A stretch of DNA of 64,000 nucleotides from Lama glama (GCA_028534125.1 CM052817.1:34970001-35034000), one strand, 5' to 3'; shown: positions 1 to 12,969, counted from the stretch's first letter. Notes: a model not told the origin generated them from the letters alone. Numbers and translations are program-made.

Positions 1-735
1 CGTAGATTCTTGCCTCCTTTGTCGAAGACCAGTTGACCTTCATGTGTAGGTTGTAATTTTCTTTTTTTTTGGTATTGTCTTTGTTTTTGGTATCAGTGTG
101 ATGATGACTTCATAGAATGACTTTGGGAGTTTTCCCTCCTCTTCAATCTTTTGAAAGAGTTTTAGAAGATTCAGTATTAAGTTCTGCTTTGTACGTTTGG
201 TAGAATTCCCCAGTGAGGCCATCTGGTCCTGGACTTTCGTTTGCATGGAGTTTTTTAAATTACAGATTCTATTTCATTTCTAGTAGTTGGTCTGTTCAAG
301 TTATCTGTTTCTTCTTGATTTAGTTTTGGTGGGCTGCATGTTCCTAGAAACTTGTCCATTTCTTCTAGGTTGTCCAATTTGTTGGCATATAATTGTTCAT
401 AGTATTTTCTTATGGTTTTCTGTATTTCTGCAGTATTGGTTAGTTCTCCTCTTATATTGCTTATTTTGTTTATTTGGGTCCTCTCTCTTTTCTTCTTGGT
501 GAGCCTGGCCAGAGGTCTGTCAATTTTGTTTACCCTTTCAAAGAACCAGCTCTTAGTGTTATTGATTTTTTTCTATTGTTTTCATAATCTCTAATTTGTT
601 TATTTCCTCTCTGATCTTTATTATTTCCTTCCTTCTGCTGACTTTAGTTTTTGTTTGTTCTTCTTTTTCTAATTCTTTAAGGTGGTAGGTTAGGTTGCTT
701 ATTTGAGATTTTTCTTGTTTTTTGAAGTAAGCTTG
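1..735 (-). mobile_element. LINE-1 ORF2 fragment
   Basis: Minus-strand translation LILNLLKLFQKIEEEGKLPKSFYEVIITLIPK is the L1 ORF2p segment just before the RT core; the frame is broken. Confidence 0.9.
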
Positions 736-864
736 TCATCATGAGTTTTTAATACAACTTTTCTTTTTCATCAGTTGGTTGGTAGAATTAATAACTGGAA
801 TGGCTAGGTGCCTTCAGAGCATTCAGCCCATTCCTTTCATTATGCATTGAGGTAAATAGTAGTT

Positions 865-919
865 TTTTGTTTTGTTTTGTTTTGTTTTGTTTTGTTTTGT
901 TTTGTTTTGTTTTGTTTTT
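865..919. repeat. (GTTTT)n microsatellite
   Basis: About 10 perfect pentamer units. Confidence 0.95.
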
Positions 920-2209
920 AAGGTGAATCATCTATCTCCCCAAATATTATAACTGTATTAACTGTTTCCATCTCAGGAAGTATTTTATTGAAGTTTGTTA
1001 TGCATTTTAATATGCATTATAATGGTATTTTATATAATTTTTTTACTCTTACTATAGATTTTGTCATTTCGAATATGTCTTTTTGAAAGTTACTCTACTG
1101 TGTTGCCACATTTGTTGCATGATTTTTCTACAAGTACTAGTACCCCGTAAAACAGTTTTCCGAAGAAGCAGGGGAGTTAATAGATGCAGAGTTAGAGCAT
1201 AACTTTAACAAGCTTTGTTCTTTCATACTTTATTTTGATGTCTTTGCTAAATTCTAATTTGGATAATTATAGGCTTTCTTTCTTAATAAGCTTACTGAGG
1301 TTTAAATTGGGTAACACGTTTTTCATTTTCTGCACATGACAGCATTTTTTGGAATGAAGAAATCTGCACATACAAATATAGATATAATTTATGTGTTGGT
1401 ATAACTGTTAAGTTTATAAAGTACTTTGAAGATTACTTGGATAAAATTGAGTTAAAAGGAATTGTAAAAATGTCAAACAAAAAACTTCCTTTATGGAGAG
1501 GTGTTGAAAATATCAGATATGCTCATGAGTTGAATATCATTGATATTTTTCAATTTATAATCAGCCATTTTTTCATCACATTTTTCCAAGTACTTTATGA
1601 ACATAAACTGACTAGTCTTTACCATCTCTGTGAAGTGGCTGAAGCATTTGTAAAAAAATAGCCTGTCCAAAAAAAAAATATCCTGTCCATTCTGATTGAA
1701 ACCACCAATTTATTATGGTTATCAGTCTTGATGGTGTCTGCTCCCTAACAATTTTTTTTTTTGCTTGAGTTTGTTCTGTTTTTTTTTTTTTCAATGTATA
1801 TTCCAGATTTTACTGTTCTTTTCAGGCGCTTTCCCTGACCCAAATATCCTCCTTTTCAGGATATCACCTTTTTTCAATTTCCCATCTCTACCTTTAAAAT
1901 GAGCAGTCTTCACACTCAGGCTCTCCTTAAGACTTAATGGGTAGGGTGGTGGTCTTCCTGTTTAAGGTTTAGTCTTTCTGCCTGTTGTTCCTGGCCCTCC
2001 TTCCTGTCCTCTTCTTAGGCTACTGCTTTAATCAATTATTTCTTTATTTAACAAACTTTTTTTTGGCTGCTTTATGAGTAAAGATATTTTCAATCTTCAT
2101 AACAGTCCTGTGACTCAGAGATGCTATTGTCAACATCACTAATGTCCCTTTAAAAATCTCTCTTAACTACCTTCTCTCTTGCTAATTAATGCCTTCTCCT
2201 CCCTTTTGG

Positions 2210-3500
2210 GTAATTCTCTAAAGGGTATCTTACTCTCCTGTCTCCACTTCCTCACCTCCTGTTCCCTCCTTAACGTACTGCAGTCTGTCTTCAGCCCCCG
2301 ACTATATAAATTGATCTAGTTACTGATACCAGTGACATTAATTCTATATCCAAAATGATCATTTTAGTCTTCATTTTCTTTACCACTCTGTAGTATGTAA
2401 CATTATTGATAATTTCTCTTTGGAACTGCTCCACAACTTCATTTTCTTTTAGTTTTCCTTTTCTCACCCTTTTTTTTTAACCTCTTATGTAATATCTTCT
2501 TTGCTTTTTGCCACTGCCTGCTCCCTGAATTGTCACTGTTTCCAAGGATTCTGTCCCTGACCCTTCAGTCCCTGTATGTTTTCTCAGATAGTCTCATCCG
2601 CTCTCTTAGTTTATTGCCTGAATATTGATGACTCCCCAGTGTCTCAGGATCTGCTGAGCTCCAGACCCGTATTCCTGACTTTACACTGGGAGCTTCCACT
2701 TGGATGAAGGCTCTTTGTACACATGTGCCTAGTACTGCACTTGCTGTCTTCTGTCTCAAATCTGATTTTCCTCCTATATTGTCTTCTTGGATTGGTAGCA
2801 TCACCATCTGTCCAAGCCAACATTCTGTAGTCTTTCTAGGACTCATTCTCCTCCTGTCACGTACCACTCACCATGTTCTGTCAGTTCTCAGTACTTTTTA
2901 AACTTACTTCTGCTCTGCCGTATCCCACTGTTTTATTTTAGGCCCTAGTTATCTCTCATATATCCCTGCAGTAGGTCTCGCTGCCGCTGATTTTGTTCTT
3001 ATCAAATTCATCCTTTAGTCCAGAGTAATACTTCTCCCTAGCAGAGTACTCCGTGCTTATCATAATTAGTTCCTGCCTAATTCTTCAGACTCACCTCCAA
3101 CTGTTAGTTCCCTTGCACATTACAATCCAGTCATACTGAGTCATTTTTACTCTCTTAAACGTACTGTGTTGTTTTATGCTTGCTTTGTTACTGCCTGGAA
3201 CATCCATCCCTCCTTTCTTCTCTTCCTAACATCATTTATAACCTTTTTGGTCATATTTATTTGATAAGACCTTCACTATTTCCATAGGCATGACTACATC
3301 ATGGAGACTAAATCACTTTATTTCCTGACTATTTTGGCACCCCATATATATTTCTGTTCTACCATTGAAAAACATATTAAAGCAAATATTGGTTTACTTG
3401 CTTGCTTTTCCTGTAATGCCATGTGTTCCTGAAAGTCAGGGACCATGTTTTATTCATCTTTGTATACTTAGAACTATGCTCAGTAATTGTTAAATTGAAT
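2210..3500 (+). mobile_element. Degenerate L2 LINE fragments
   Basis: L2-like motifs: tgtctccacttcctcacctcc, tgatgactcccc...ctgagctccagacc, and a 3' end gggaccatgttttattcatctttgtat...tgaatg. Confidence 0.55.
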
Positions 3501-4114
3501 GCTTGGTTTTTGTTTTTAATTTTTTCGGAAAAGAAAACCAAAGTTTGAAAGTGTGTGGATTTTTCCAGATTCTTGCATGTGAATTCATGGCTGACAGTGA
3601 TGTTTTTGATCATATGTCTGTTGTTTTCTAAATTATAGATAATTAATTAAATCACCCAGCCTCATATCCTTTTTAATACTGAGATTCAGTAGCAATTCAC
3701 TTTTCTTTGTGTCTTCCACTCATTTGTTTATTCCACATTGATTTCATGAGGCACTGAAGTAGTTCAGACTCAGTTCCAATACTTACTAATTTCTTTTTAT
3801 ATAAACATTACCTAACATTAGAGGAGGAAAAAAAACCAAAAGAATTAAATTAGGAAGAATCTCTTCAATAAAAATACTTATGAAACCTATGCTGACAGTT
3901 CTTATGTTGACTTTTTCTGTGCTTATTTTTGCTCTGCATAAATGCATTTCATAATCCCATATAGGTGTGGGTACCTATATGAACGTTAATCTCTTATATA
4001 TGTTGTGGGACATAAGAAAAATGGAAGTATAGCCAAATAAATGTTTTTCCAGTGTTAATCATTTCGGTTCAAAACCAGGTTTTTTTGAATGATAGCATGA
4101 CTTTCTGTCTTCAG

Positions 4115-4243
4115 ATTGAGCTAAGAGAACGAGAGATAGAACGGCTGTCGGTTGCACTGGAAGGGGGTCGCTCCCCTGATATCCTTTCTCTGGAGACTAG
4201 AAATAAAACCAACGAGAAGCTTATTGCTCATTTAAACATTCAG
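4115..4243 (+). CDS. CEP135: CEP135 coding exon (7), 129 bp
   Basis: ctttctgtcttcag|ATT...CAG|gtaatg; IELREREIERLSVALEGGRSPDILSLETRNKTNEKLIAHLNIQ. Confidence 0.95.
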
Positions 4244-4859
4244 GTAATGACTTTTATAATTATTTCACTGAGCGTATAAAATCATAAGTATTTGTAATGG
4301 TCTATGGGTTTGTAAAAGAGACGGCGTTGTTTATTAGGGTGTTATTTACAGTGGGAAAAATTTCATAGAGTATCCAAAATTGGGTGCAACTAAAAAATCA
4401 TCTTTTTAAAGAACATTTAATGAGGTAGGAATATACTTACCATAATGGTAAATATTTAGAAGACGAGAACCATAGTTGCAATGTAACCAACCTTCAGTTT
4501 GCTTTTAAAAGAATGTATGTATTCATGCAGAGAGAGAAAATAGTGGAAGAGAATACTCCAAAATACACAAAAAAGTTTACCTTTGTGTGAGGATAGTCTT
4601 CTTTATGATTTTCTCCATTTTCAAAAATTTTATGATTATTTCTTTTATGATATAAAAGATGATTTTTAAAAATGTATATAAAAATTAAACATATAGTTTC
4701 CATCTACCTATGTAGTGGATTCCCTTGCCATACATTGCGCCTAAGAGTGAAAGAACAGGAGACTTCTGTGAAGCATGACACATGACCTTTATAGATGTCA
4801 TGCTGCCTGGGCTGCAAGCGAAAGAGAGTAAGTCCTGGATATCAGCAGTAGCTCTAGAG

Positions 4860-5177
4860 CAGTCCTGTTCAATAGAAAGAGGATATGAGCCACATATGTA
4901 ATTTAAAATTTCCTAGTAGCCTGATTAAAAAAGTAAAAAGAAAATAGATGAAGTTAATTTTAATAGTGTATTTACCTACATATATGCAAAATATTATCAT
5001 TTCAATATGTAATCAATGTTGTAAAATATTGTGATATTTTACTTTTTTGTTTGTACTGAGTCTTTGGAATTCTGTGTATATTTTGCATTTATAGCACACC
5101 TCTGTTTGGACTAGCCACATTTCAGCTGCTCAGTAGCTGTATGTGGCTGTAAATGGCTACTATATTGGACAGCACAG
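4860..5177 (+). mobile_element. MER33-type hAT-Charlie DNA transposon
   Basis: Termini cagtcctgttcaatagaa...tattggacagcacag, body matches recalled MER33, TCTAGA target motif on both flanks. Confidence 0.85.
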
Positions 5178-5388
5178 TCTAGACTAATATTATCATAGTG
5201 ATAATCTTGTCATACTTACAGAACTCTGGTATTGGGAAAAATTTCTTATTTATCCTTTCCTTCCATGCTTGAAAATTGAAGCCAATGGACATATATTTTT
5301 ACTAAACCATATGTTGTTGGTTTTGCAAATCAAAATAATACGTTTGCAAATGTAAAGTACCTGGGATTTTAATTTTTGGTATTAAAAA

Positions 5389-5392
<4 letters not shown>

Positions 5393-5429
<37 letters not shown>
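5393..5429. repeat. (AT)n microsatellite
   Basis: About 18 perfect AT units, 84 bp upstream of exon 8. Confidence 0.95.
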
Positions 5430-5432
<3 letters not shown>

Positions 5433-5512
5433 TTTTGAAATATTGTTTTGAAAATTCGGTATTTAGGATGATTTTCCCATTCATATACCTATGAATTACA
5501 AATTCAATTTAG

Positions 5513-5728
5513 GTTGACTTTCTTCAGCAAGCTAATAAAGACCTGGAAAAACATATACAAGAGCTTATGGAAACCAAGGAAACAGTAACTACCGAAGTCG
5601 TTAATTTAAGTAATAAAAATGAAAAACTCTGCCAAGAATTAACTGAAATAGACCAGTTAGCACAGCAGCTGGAACGACATAAAGAAGAAGTGCTTGAGAC
5701 TGCCGATAAAGAACTTGAGGAAGCAAAG
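5513..5728 (+). CDS. CEP135: CEP135 coding exon (8), 216 bp
   Basis: caatttag|GTT...AAG|gtatgt; VDFLQQANKDLEKHIQELMETKE...VLETADKELEEAK. Confidence 0.95.
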
Positions 5729-5742
5729 GTATGTCCAGGTTA

Positions 5743-5870
5743 GGGGGTGGGTATAGCTCAATGGTAGAGCACATGCTTAGCATGCATGAAGTCCTAGGTT
5801 CAATCCCCAGGACCTCCATTAAAATAAATGAATAAATAATAAAAATAAATAAATCTCTTTTAAAAGAAAA
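5743..5870 (+). mobile_element. tRNA-Ala-derived SINE (camelid Vic-1 type)
   Basis: Head gggtatagctcaatggtagagcacatgcttagcatgc...ggttcaatccccagg, A-rich tail, 17-bp TSD at 5725-5741 and 5871-5887. Confidence 0.9.
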
Positions 5871-7074
5871 AAAGATATGTCTAGGTTGGGAGTGTTCATT
5901 AATTCTCCTGCAGTATAGTGAGCTTGAGTCCTTTGGATATCTGACTTGGGTCTTTTGGTTTGTTTTGTAATTCAGGTTTTTCTAAAGTGTTATTTACATC
6001 CCCTAAGTACTTGCAGTTGTTCTAGTTGTTTGAGTATCTTTCTGAAGCACATCTGTTCTTAGGATAGCTCTTCAGACTCCATCATTTTTTCCTTCAAGAT
6101 TTCCATCTCCGTCCTTTTACCTATGCATTGTGAGCAGGCTTTGGAAGTTTGTCCTCTAGGTCATTTTGTGCTCATGAACCCTTTGAAGGTACTGTTTGAA
6201 ACTATGTATGTCCTTGCACATTTTTAAGTTTGTAGCTAACATTTTTCATCTTTAAATTTAAATAAATGCAAAGGATATAATTTCCAATCAGTTGTAAATA
6301 TTGATCTCTTAAAACTGTCTTATCATTCTTTTAAATATAGCCAGTAGAATCCAAATGACCCTTCTTGAAATCCCCACAAAGTTTTATCCTATTTTAACAT
6401 ATTTTGTGCTTGAGTATCTTTTTATGATAACTCTGTCAAACATCTCTGCAATGAAAAAAAAACATGAATTGAAATTTTTTATTTTAGAAAATGTCCCATG
6501 ACTGTAAAGTTCAGAGTGTTAATATTTTCCTCTAAATAGCATTACCATTATAATTATTAGTAATCAGTGGATCAGAGTGACAAGTATAGCACAATGTTGA
6601 TAAATGAAAAAGTTAAATTTTATTAAATGAAAAAGTTAAATTTTTACTGGAAATACATCTCTTAGTAAGATATAATGCGAGAAAATAGTGTCTTAATTAA
6701 AGTCTTTGACTAGCCCCAAGATTTCAGATTATCTTTTTGTCTGGTGCTTTAGGAGTTTTTTATGTCTAGAGATAGCATGACATTAGATGCATGCCTTTCT
6801 TTTGAAAAGTGGGAAGAAGGCAGTTGTGAAAGGGGAGGTGGGAAAGGAGAACTCACATGATGCCTAGACCACAAGCAGGTTCTCAGGTAGATAATTTTTA
6901 AGAACTATATGTGTAAATTAAGAATTCAAATATTGATTCCTTAAAACTATATGTGTATGATAGTTTTACATAATACTTGGAAAGTCTTCATGTTATCCTA
7001 GGAATTAGTACAACCTAGTTTGAAGACCACTACTTTCATCAGTTGAATAATGAATTTTATACAGTGTCATCTCC

Positions 7075-7815
7075 ACTAATTAGTGGAATAGAAGAAAACT
7101 ACCTCAACATAATAAAGGCCATGTATGAAAAGCCCACAGCTAACATCATACCCAGTGATGAAAGATGGAAAACTTGTCCTCTAAGGTTAGGAACAAGGCA
7201 AGAATGGACATTCTTGCTGCTTCTATTCATCAAAGTACTGGAAGTCCTAGCCAGAGCAATTAGTCAAGAAAAAGCAAAAAAAGGCATCCAGACTGGAAAG
7301 AAAGAAGTAAAATTATGTTTCCAGATGAGATGATCTTATGTGTAGAAAACCTGAAAGATTCCGTTTAAAAAAAAAACAGAACTAAGAAATAAATTCAGCA
7401 AAGTTGCAGGATACAGAATTGAAACATAAAAATCAGTGCATATCTGTATGCTAGTAATTGAAATCCAAAAAGGAAATTAAGAAAATAATTCCACTTACAA
7501 TAGCATCAAAAAGTATAAAATTCTTAGGGATAAACTTAACCAAGGAGGCAAAAAATTTGTACACTAAAAATTATGAAACATTGCTGATAGAAATTAGAGA
7601 CAGAAATAAATGGAAACACATCCTGTGTTCATGGAGTGGAAGACTTTATATAGTTCAAATGTCCGTACTACCTAAAACAATCTGAAGATTCAGTGCAACC
7701 CCTTCCACATCCCAATGACGTTTTTTACAGAAATAGGAAAAAATCCTAAAATTCATATGGAATCTCAAGGGACTCAGATGTGCCAAAACAATCTTGAAAA
7801 TGAAGAACATAATTA
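7075..7815 (+). mobile_element. LINE-1 ORF2 (RT region) fragment
   Basis: GIEENYLNIIKAMYEKPTANII...LEVLARAISQEK...FLGINLTKEAKNLY are L1 ORF2p motifs, frameshifted. Confidence 0.92.
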
Positions 7816-8388
7816 ATGCAGTTTTAATTTTGCTTTGTGGCTTCCTCTCCTTTTCCACTTCCTTTTGCATATAATGCTGTGCACACAATGTACTGAACAT
7901 AGCTTCTCATGCCCCATTGGCAGTAATCAAGAATGACAACTTGGCTATTAGGCCATGATATTTTAACCTTTGCATTCAGTATTCTCAGTTGTAGTATAGA
8001 GGATCTAGGTGGGTAGTAGCAAGTGGTGATAGGATAGGAAAATCAGGAAATGAAAGGGCCACATGATGAATCTTAAAAATCAAGCCTCAAGGAAGGTCCC
8101 ACATGTATACAGACCAAAAAAAAGAAAAAAGATTTTCAAGTGGCTCTCTTGCTTCACACGTTATAAATAGGTCCCTGTAAGCATTCAAGATACCGAGAAA
8201 TTAAAAAGAAACCTCAACTTTGGCTCCTCTTCACTGAAATTGTGGCTTAGTACTGGCTAAAGCCTCAGATCTCACTGGTAAGAGAGCACATGGACTGCTT
8301 GAAAAATGATTTGGTCTCATGCACTGTGACTTAGTGATAAGTATTCTTGACTTTCAGGTATTTACCCTAACAGGCTTTTTATTCCTAG

Positions 8389-8454
8389 AAAGAGATTAAA
8401 AAAAAGCTCTCTGAAATGCGGAGTCTTGAAGAAACAATGGGAAAACTTCAGCTG
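8389..8454 (+). CDS. CEP135: CEP135 coding exon (9), 66 bp
   Basis: ttattcctag|AAA...CTG|gtgagt; KEIKKKLSEMRSLEETMGKLQL; branch-like ccctaac at 8365-8371. Confidence 0.93.
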
Positions 8455-8514
8455 GTGAGTAGGTGTCATATTAAATTGCCAAAATTTTCATGAAGAAAAT
8501 TTTTGTTTTATTTT

Positions 8515-8885
8515 ACATGTTTTTACTAAGATATAATTTATCTATCATAATTTTCACTCTTTTGAGTGTACAGTTAATTGGTTTTGGTATAGTTCAGAGT
8601 AGTGCAACCACCAGTATTGTCTAATCCCAGAACATTTTCATCTCTCCAAAAAGAAACCTCATGCCCATTAGCAGTTAGTGACTCCTCATTTTCCTCTGCT
8701 CAGCCCCTGACAACTAGTCAGCTTTCTGTTTCTATAGATTTGCCTATTCTGGATATTCTGTATAAGTGGAATTATATAATATGTGACCTTTTGTGTCAGG
8801 CTTTTACTTAGCACAAATGCTTTCAGGATTCATGCATGTCATTCTTTTTTATGGTTGATAATATTCCATTGAATGTACATATTTA
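8515..8885 (-). mobile_element. Old L1M 3' UTR fragment
   Basis: gtgcaaccaccagt...ccagaacattttcatc...gatttgcctattctgga, typical of an antisense L1MB/MC 3' end. Confidence 0.8.
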
Positions 8886-9899
8886 CTTTCATTTATATTT
8901 TTACAATTCTTCAATCTCACAGGTAATAGGTGGCAAGTTATATTCAAATTTGGAAAACCTGTTAGGAGTTTTATATTCTTTAAATGACTTCATGATTTGT
9001 CAGTTTACTAATACTGAAGCTAGAAATTGATGATCACTTGGTAAAGCTGTTGACTTTTATGAAAAGCACTCAGTCATCTTTTAATAGTTTCAATTTGGTA
9101 TTCCAAACCATTTTACTAGTCAATGTTGTTTGTCCTGGTGGTCTTCAAATGAGAGAACTAGTAATCATCCCAGCATAAATCTAGATATAGTGTATAGTCT
9201 TGTAGTCTAGAACTAGCAGAACAAATGTCTTGTAAGTAGAAACTCCTAGGTAGTCACCCAAAAGATTATTGAGAACTTTTTCGAGGAATCTTGTAAATTG
9301 GATGAGTTTCCACTAAGATTGGAAACAAAGACTAATACTAATTTCCAACTTTCCTCATTATGCATACTCCTTTTACAGTCTAGCTAATGTTTTGGTGTCA
9401 GTCATAAGGGAAATTAAAACATGTAGCCATTTGTGGTACATTGGCATATGGGTGGTGCTCAAATGCTTGTTGACTTTTGTATGCACACTATGAACGGTGT
9501 ATCACAGTGGCTTCCTGTTTTACTCAGCTGCTTTTCAGGTATTCATTTCAATTCAATAGTGGATAATTGAATTAGCTAAACCTCCTAAATGTTGTCCACT
9601 TTTGAGTCTCTTAGATATTGTAAAATTCTCCCATGAGGTCAATAAATGTGAAGTAGATGTTTTGATGCTGTTTTCTCCACACTGTAAGCTCCACGAGGAC
9701 AGGGGTTTTTGCTGTTTGTTCACTGCTTCTTGTATGCACACTCTACACAGTTGTATGTGATTCGTAGTGGTTGTCTCAGAACTGTGGCCAAGCTTCAGTA
9801 TTGTTGCCTGACAGCAAGGTGTTGCTGTAGTTATTTTCTGACCTTTATTTTTTCCATTGGTACTACATGTTACATATTTTTAAGATAAATCCTAATGAC

Positions 9900-10040
9900 G
9901 TTATTGCTAACATTTATTGAGTACTTGCCATGTGCTGGACACTGTACAGAGTGCTTCACATTCATAAATACTTCCATTCATGTATGAATCCTCAGTGTCT
10001 GGGTACTGGTCTTATCCCTGTTGTGCAGATGAGGCTGAGA
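9900..10040 (-). mobile_element. MIR SINE fragment
   Basis: gctaacatttattgagtacttgccatgtgc...gcagatgagg, the MIR core in antisense. Confidence 0.65.
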
Positions 10041-10438
10041 GAATAACCCTTGTACTTACAGATACCTATGGAAATCTTAGAGCAACGTCTTAACTTCTGC
10101 TTTCCTAAACACTTTCAGCTTTTCCTTAAAAAAGCTTTAATATTTTTTTATTGCACAAGTACATATTTATTTTCTAAAAAGACAATATGCTGAACAAATT
10201 AAAAGAAAATAAAATCCAATAATTCTATTGCTTTAGAAAGGAGCATTGTTGACATTTGGGATTTATGGTGCTTTTAGCCATAATTAATCATTAACTTTAA
10301 CTGAAAGCATATGTTTGACTGATTATAAGTGTGTGTATGTGAATTACTCTTAAATAAATATGCTTACCAAAATATCAAAAGTGCTATAATATTTTATAGA
10401 GTTGTTAGAAATCTTAATTATAGTATTAAAATTTGCAG

Positions 10439-10577
10439 GAATTAAACTTATGTCATAAAGAAAAGGAGAGACTGAGTGATGAACTCCTTATAAAATCAGA
10501 CCTGGAAACTGTGGTTCATCAACTTGAACAAGAAAAGCAAAGACTTAACAAAAAAATTGAAAGTTTTGCTGTTACAG
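10439..10577 (+). CDS. CEP135: CEP135 coding exon (10), 139 bp
   Basis: atttgcag|GAA...ACAG|gtaaaa; ELNLCHKEKERLSDELLIKSDLETVVHQLEQEKQRLNKKIESFAVT; ends in phase 1. Confidence 0.94.
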
Positions 10578-10808
10578 GTAAAATATAAAATGTTGATAAC
10601 TTGAAAATTGTGATGTCCTCTTAATGTACTATTTTTTAGTAGATGATCTTTTATTCATTTATTCAATAAATATTTGTTGAGTGCTTATATCAGAAACCAG
10701 ACCAGGCACTGAGATATAATAGAAGTAATTAAGACTAAGAGGAAAACCATTCTGAGGTGGAAAATTGAACCACAGAATCTTTTTAAGGAAGTGTTTTATC
10801 ACCTTAAA

Positions 10809-10848
10809 GCGCGCGCGCGCGCACACATGCACACATGCACACACACAC
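10809..10848. repeat. (GC)n-(AC/AT)n alternating purine-pyrimidine tract
   Basis: gcgcgcgcgcgcgcacacatgcacacatgcacacacacac. Confidence 0.9.
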
Positions 10849-10904
10849 TTGATATTGGCTTTCCAGATACCTGTCCTAACTGACTTGTTTTAAGGAACAT
10901 GTAA

Positions 10905-11440
10905 GAATTCATTCATTCATTTGACAAATGTTCATGAGCCTGTTTTGGTGCTGGGGTGGATAATGGTAAACAAGATACACAAAACCCCTGCTCCCATGGA
11001 GACTTTAATCTAGTTAGCGAGACAAACTAGTAGCATGTAAGTGAAGAAGTTAATTTCAGATGATAAGAAGTATAAAAATAAAATGAAGGGATATGCTAGA
11101 GATTGACTGATGGAAGGGCCCATGACAGGACACTAGCCATATGAAGATCTGGGGCAATTTTTCAGGAGAAGGGGATGGCAAGTGCAGAAGCCTGGTGCCA
11201 TTAAACTCCGTATGTCTCAGGAGGTGGAAGCCAGTATGCTGTTTTAAGAGGAGGCTATGTCCTAGGCTCTTCGGCATCCACGTGGGTAATCTGTTTGACC
11301 CCTTCTCCATTTAGCAGCTGTATGACTTGAACAGGTTACTGAACATTTGCCTCAGTTTCCATTATCTTTTGGATTAATGATGGCACCTAACGCAAAAGGT
11401 TGTTGTGAGGATTAAATGGGTTAAAAATTAAAGTGCTTAG
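10905..11440. mobile_element. L2 3' end (minus strand) followed by a MIR fragment (plus strand)
   Basis: attcattcattcatttgacaaatgttc...cctgctcccatggag (L2); gctgtatgacttgaacag...cctcagtttcc...gttgttgtgaggattaaatg (MIR). Confidence 0.65.
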
Positions 11441-12833
11441 ACCTACGTTTAAAAATTTGCAAATTTACTTCCTTTCATTGCTAGATATCCTGGCATTTCA
11501 GTGTAGTCTTTCAGATATCTGAAACTCTTTTCCTTTGTGTTACAAATGCATTCCTGCTGCCCAAAACCCAGCCTTGGATCAAGCAGAACATTTACACACG
11601 AGCAGCTAAGCACTGCTTGCGTGTGCACCAGCCATGTGGACAGCACTGTAAGTTAGATGGTTCCAAACCGCAGCAGCACCCTCAGGGATGTATGGAAACC
11701 TTACTTTATATTTCTTACTGCTTGATCTCCCTGGCTCTGCAGGGAACATTTCAAATGTTTTTCATTTTCAGTAAACCCATTCTAACTGAATGATCTTACT
11801 TCCAGTTTCCCTAAGAGAATGGAAGCCATCTGGGAGAAATTCCATCAGTTTCCTGTCCCCAGATCTTGAACCTGTCCATCTTTATCTTCCCTCCTGTTAC
11901 AGTGGAGCCCTGTACCTCTTATGGAAGGACACTGCCTCCTTTTGTTCTCTGGATCCTGTCCTCTCCACTTTTAAAACCCTTACGTATTAATTACCTTCTT
12001 TCCAAAACTTTACTGTTTTTTCCCATTGACATTCAAACATGCTTACCCTTCTCCCATTCTAAAATAAAACCTTTGACCCATTCCTCTCCAGCCACTCTTT
12101 CCTCCTGATTATAGCTTTACTATCTTAAAAGGTCATCCACATTTGCTTTTCTGCTTGATTACCCACTGCCCTTTAGCTCCTCAATCCACTCCAGTTGGCT
12201 TCACCAGCAAAACTGCTCTTGTTAAGGTCACCACTCACCTCCATTGTGGTAAATGCAGTGGACACTTTTCATTCATCAATTTATTTGACTTCTTAACATT
12301 TAACACATTTGCCCATGCCTTCCCATGCCCCTGCTTCCTTCCCTCTCTGGTCACTCCGCAGGATGATCCCCCTGTTCATTCTCCAGGCTACTGTTCTTTT
12401 GTAGCTCTTGTCCTACTGCTGGTAGAGTAATTGCTTGACCTTGGCTATGCTTTTCATACTTGTATCCTTAGCTCATGTTGGGCATTTAGTAAATAATCTG
12501 TAAGTAAATATTGGTCAAATGAATGAAAGAAAGAATGGGAAATGCATCAGAATAGATCTTGGAAATCATTTCATCCTTCAGAGTGGTAAAGAGCATCAGT
12601 TAAATAAGGTTAAGCAATATGAAATTGCCAGTGTTAGGCTACTTTTGACTCCTGAAAGGTGATTTTTATGGTAAAAGTTAATAATAATTTGAGAAAAATA
12701 AGTTGTTTTGATCTCTTTATGTGTATGCTATATTAAATTCAAGCTTAATGTTAACATCATACATATTATGATCAATTGCTTATACATAAATTTTCTTCTA
12801 GTTTTTTCTGGTCACCAAAAAGTATCATGTTGT

Positions 12834-12969
12834 GGGGAGGGTATAGCTCAAGTGGTAGAGCACATGCTTAGCATGCACAGGGTCCTAGGTTCAATTCCCA
12901 GTACCTCCTCTAAAAATAAATAAATCTAATTACCATCTCCCCCCAAGTAAGAAATAATAATAATTTTTT
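12834..12969 (+). mobile_element. tRNA-Ala-derived SINE (Vic-1 type, long tail)
   Basis: ggggagggtatagctcaagtggtagagcacatgcttagcatgcac...; degenerate TSD aaaaagtatcatgttgt / aaaaatatcacgtggt. Confidence 0.9.

Noticed and set aside
1..4114. Intron-6-derived short CEP135 isoform (CEP135mini, described in human)
   Set aside because: The relevant exon 6 read-through would lie upstream of this window, so nothing here supports or excludes it.
40..7900. ORFs with reverse-transcriptase-family similarity (40-246, 7043-7333, 7458-7685)
   Set aside because: Frameshifted fragments of dead LINE-1 ORF2, not a novel RT system.
8345..8388. Extra AGs and a CAG|GT motif just upstream of exon 9 as alternative or recursive splice sites
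   Set aside because: The AG at 8372-8373 directly abuts the likely branch point (ccctaac) and would add an in-frame TAG. The GT context (gtattt) is weak. There is no other support.
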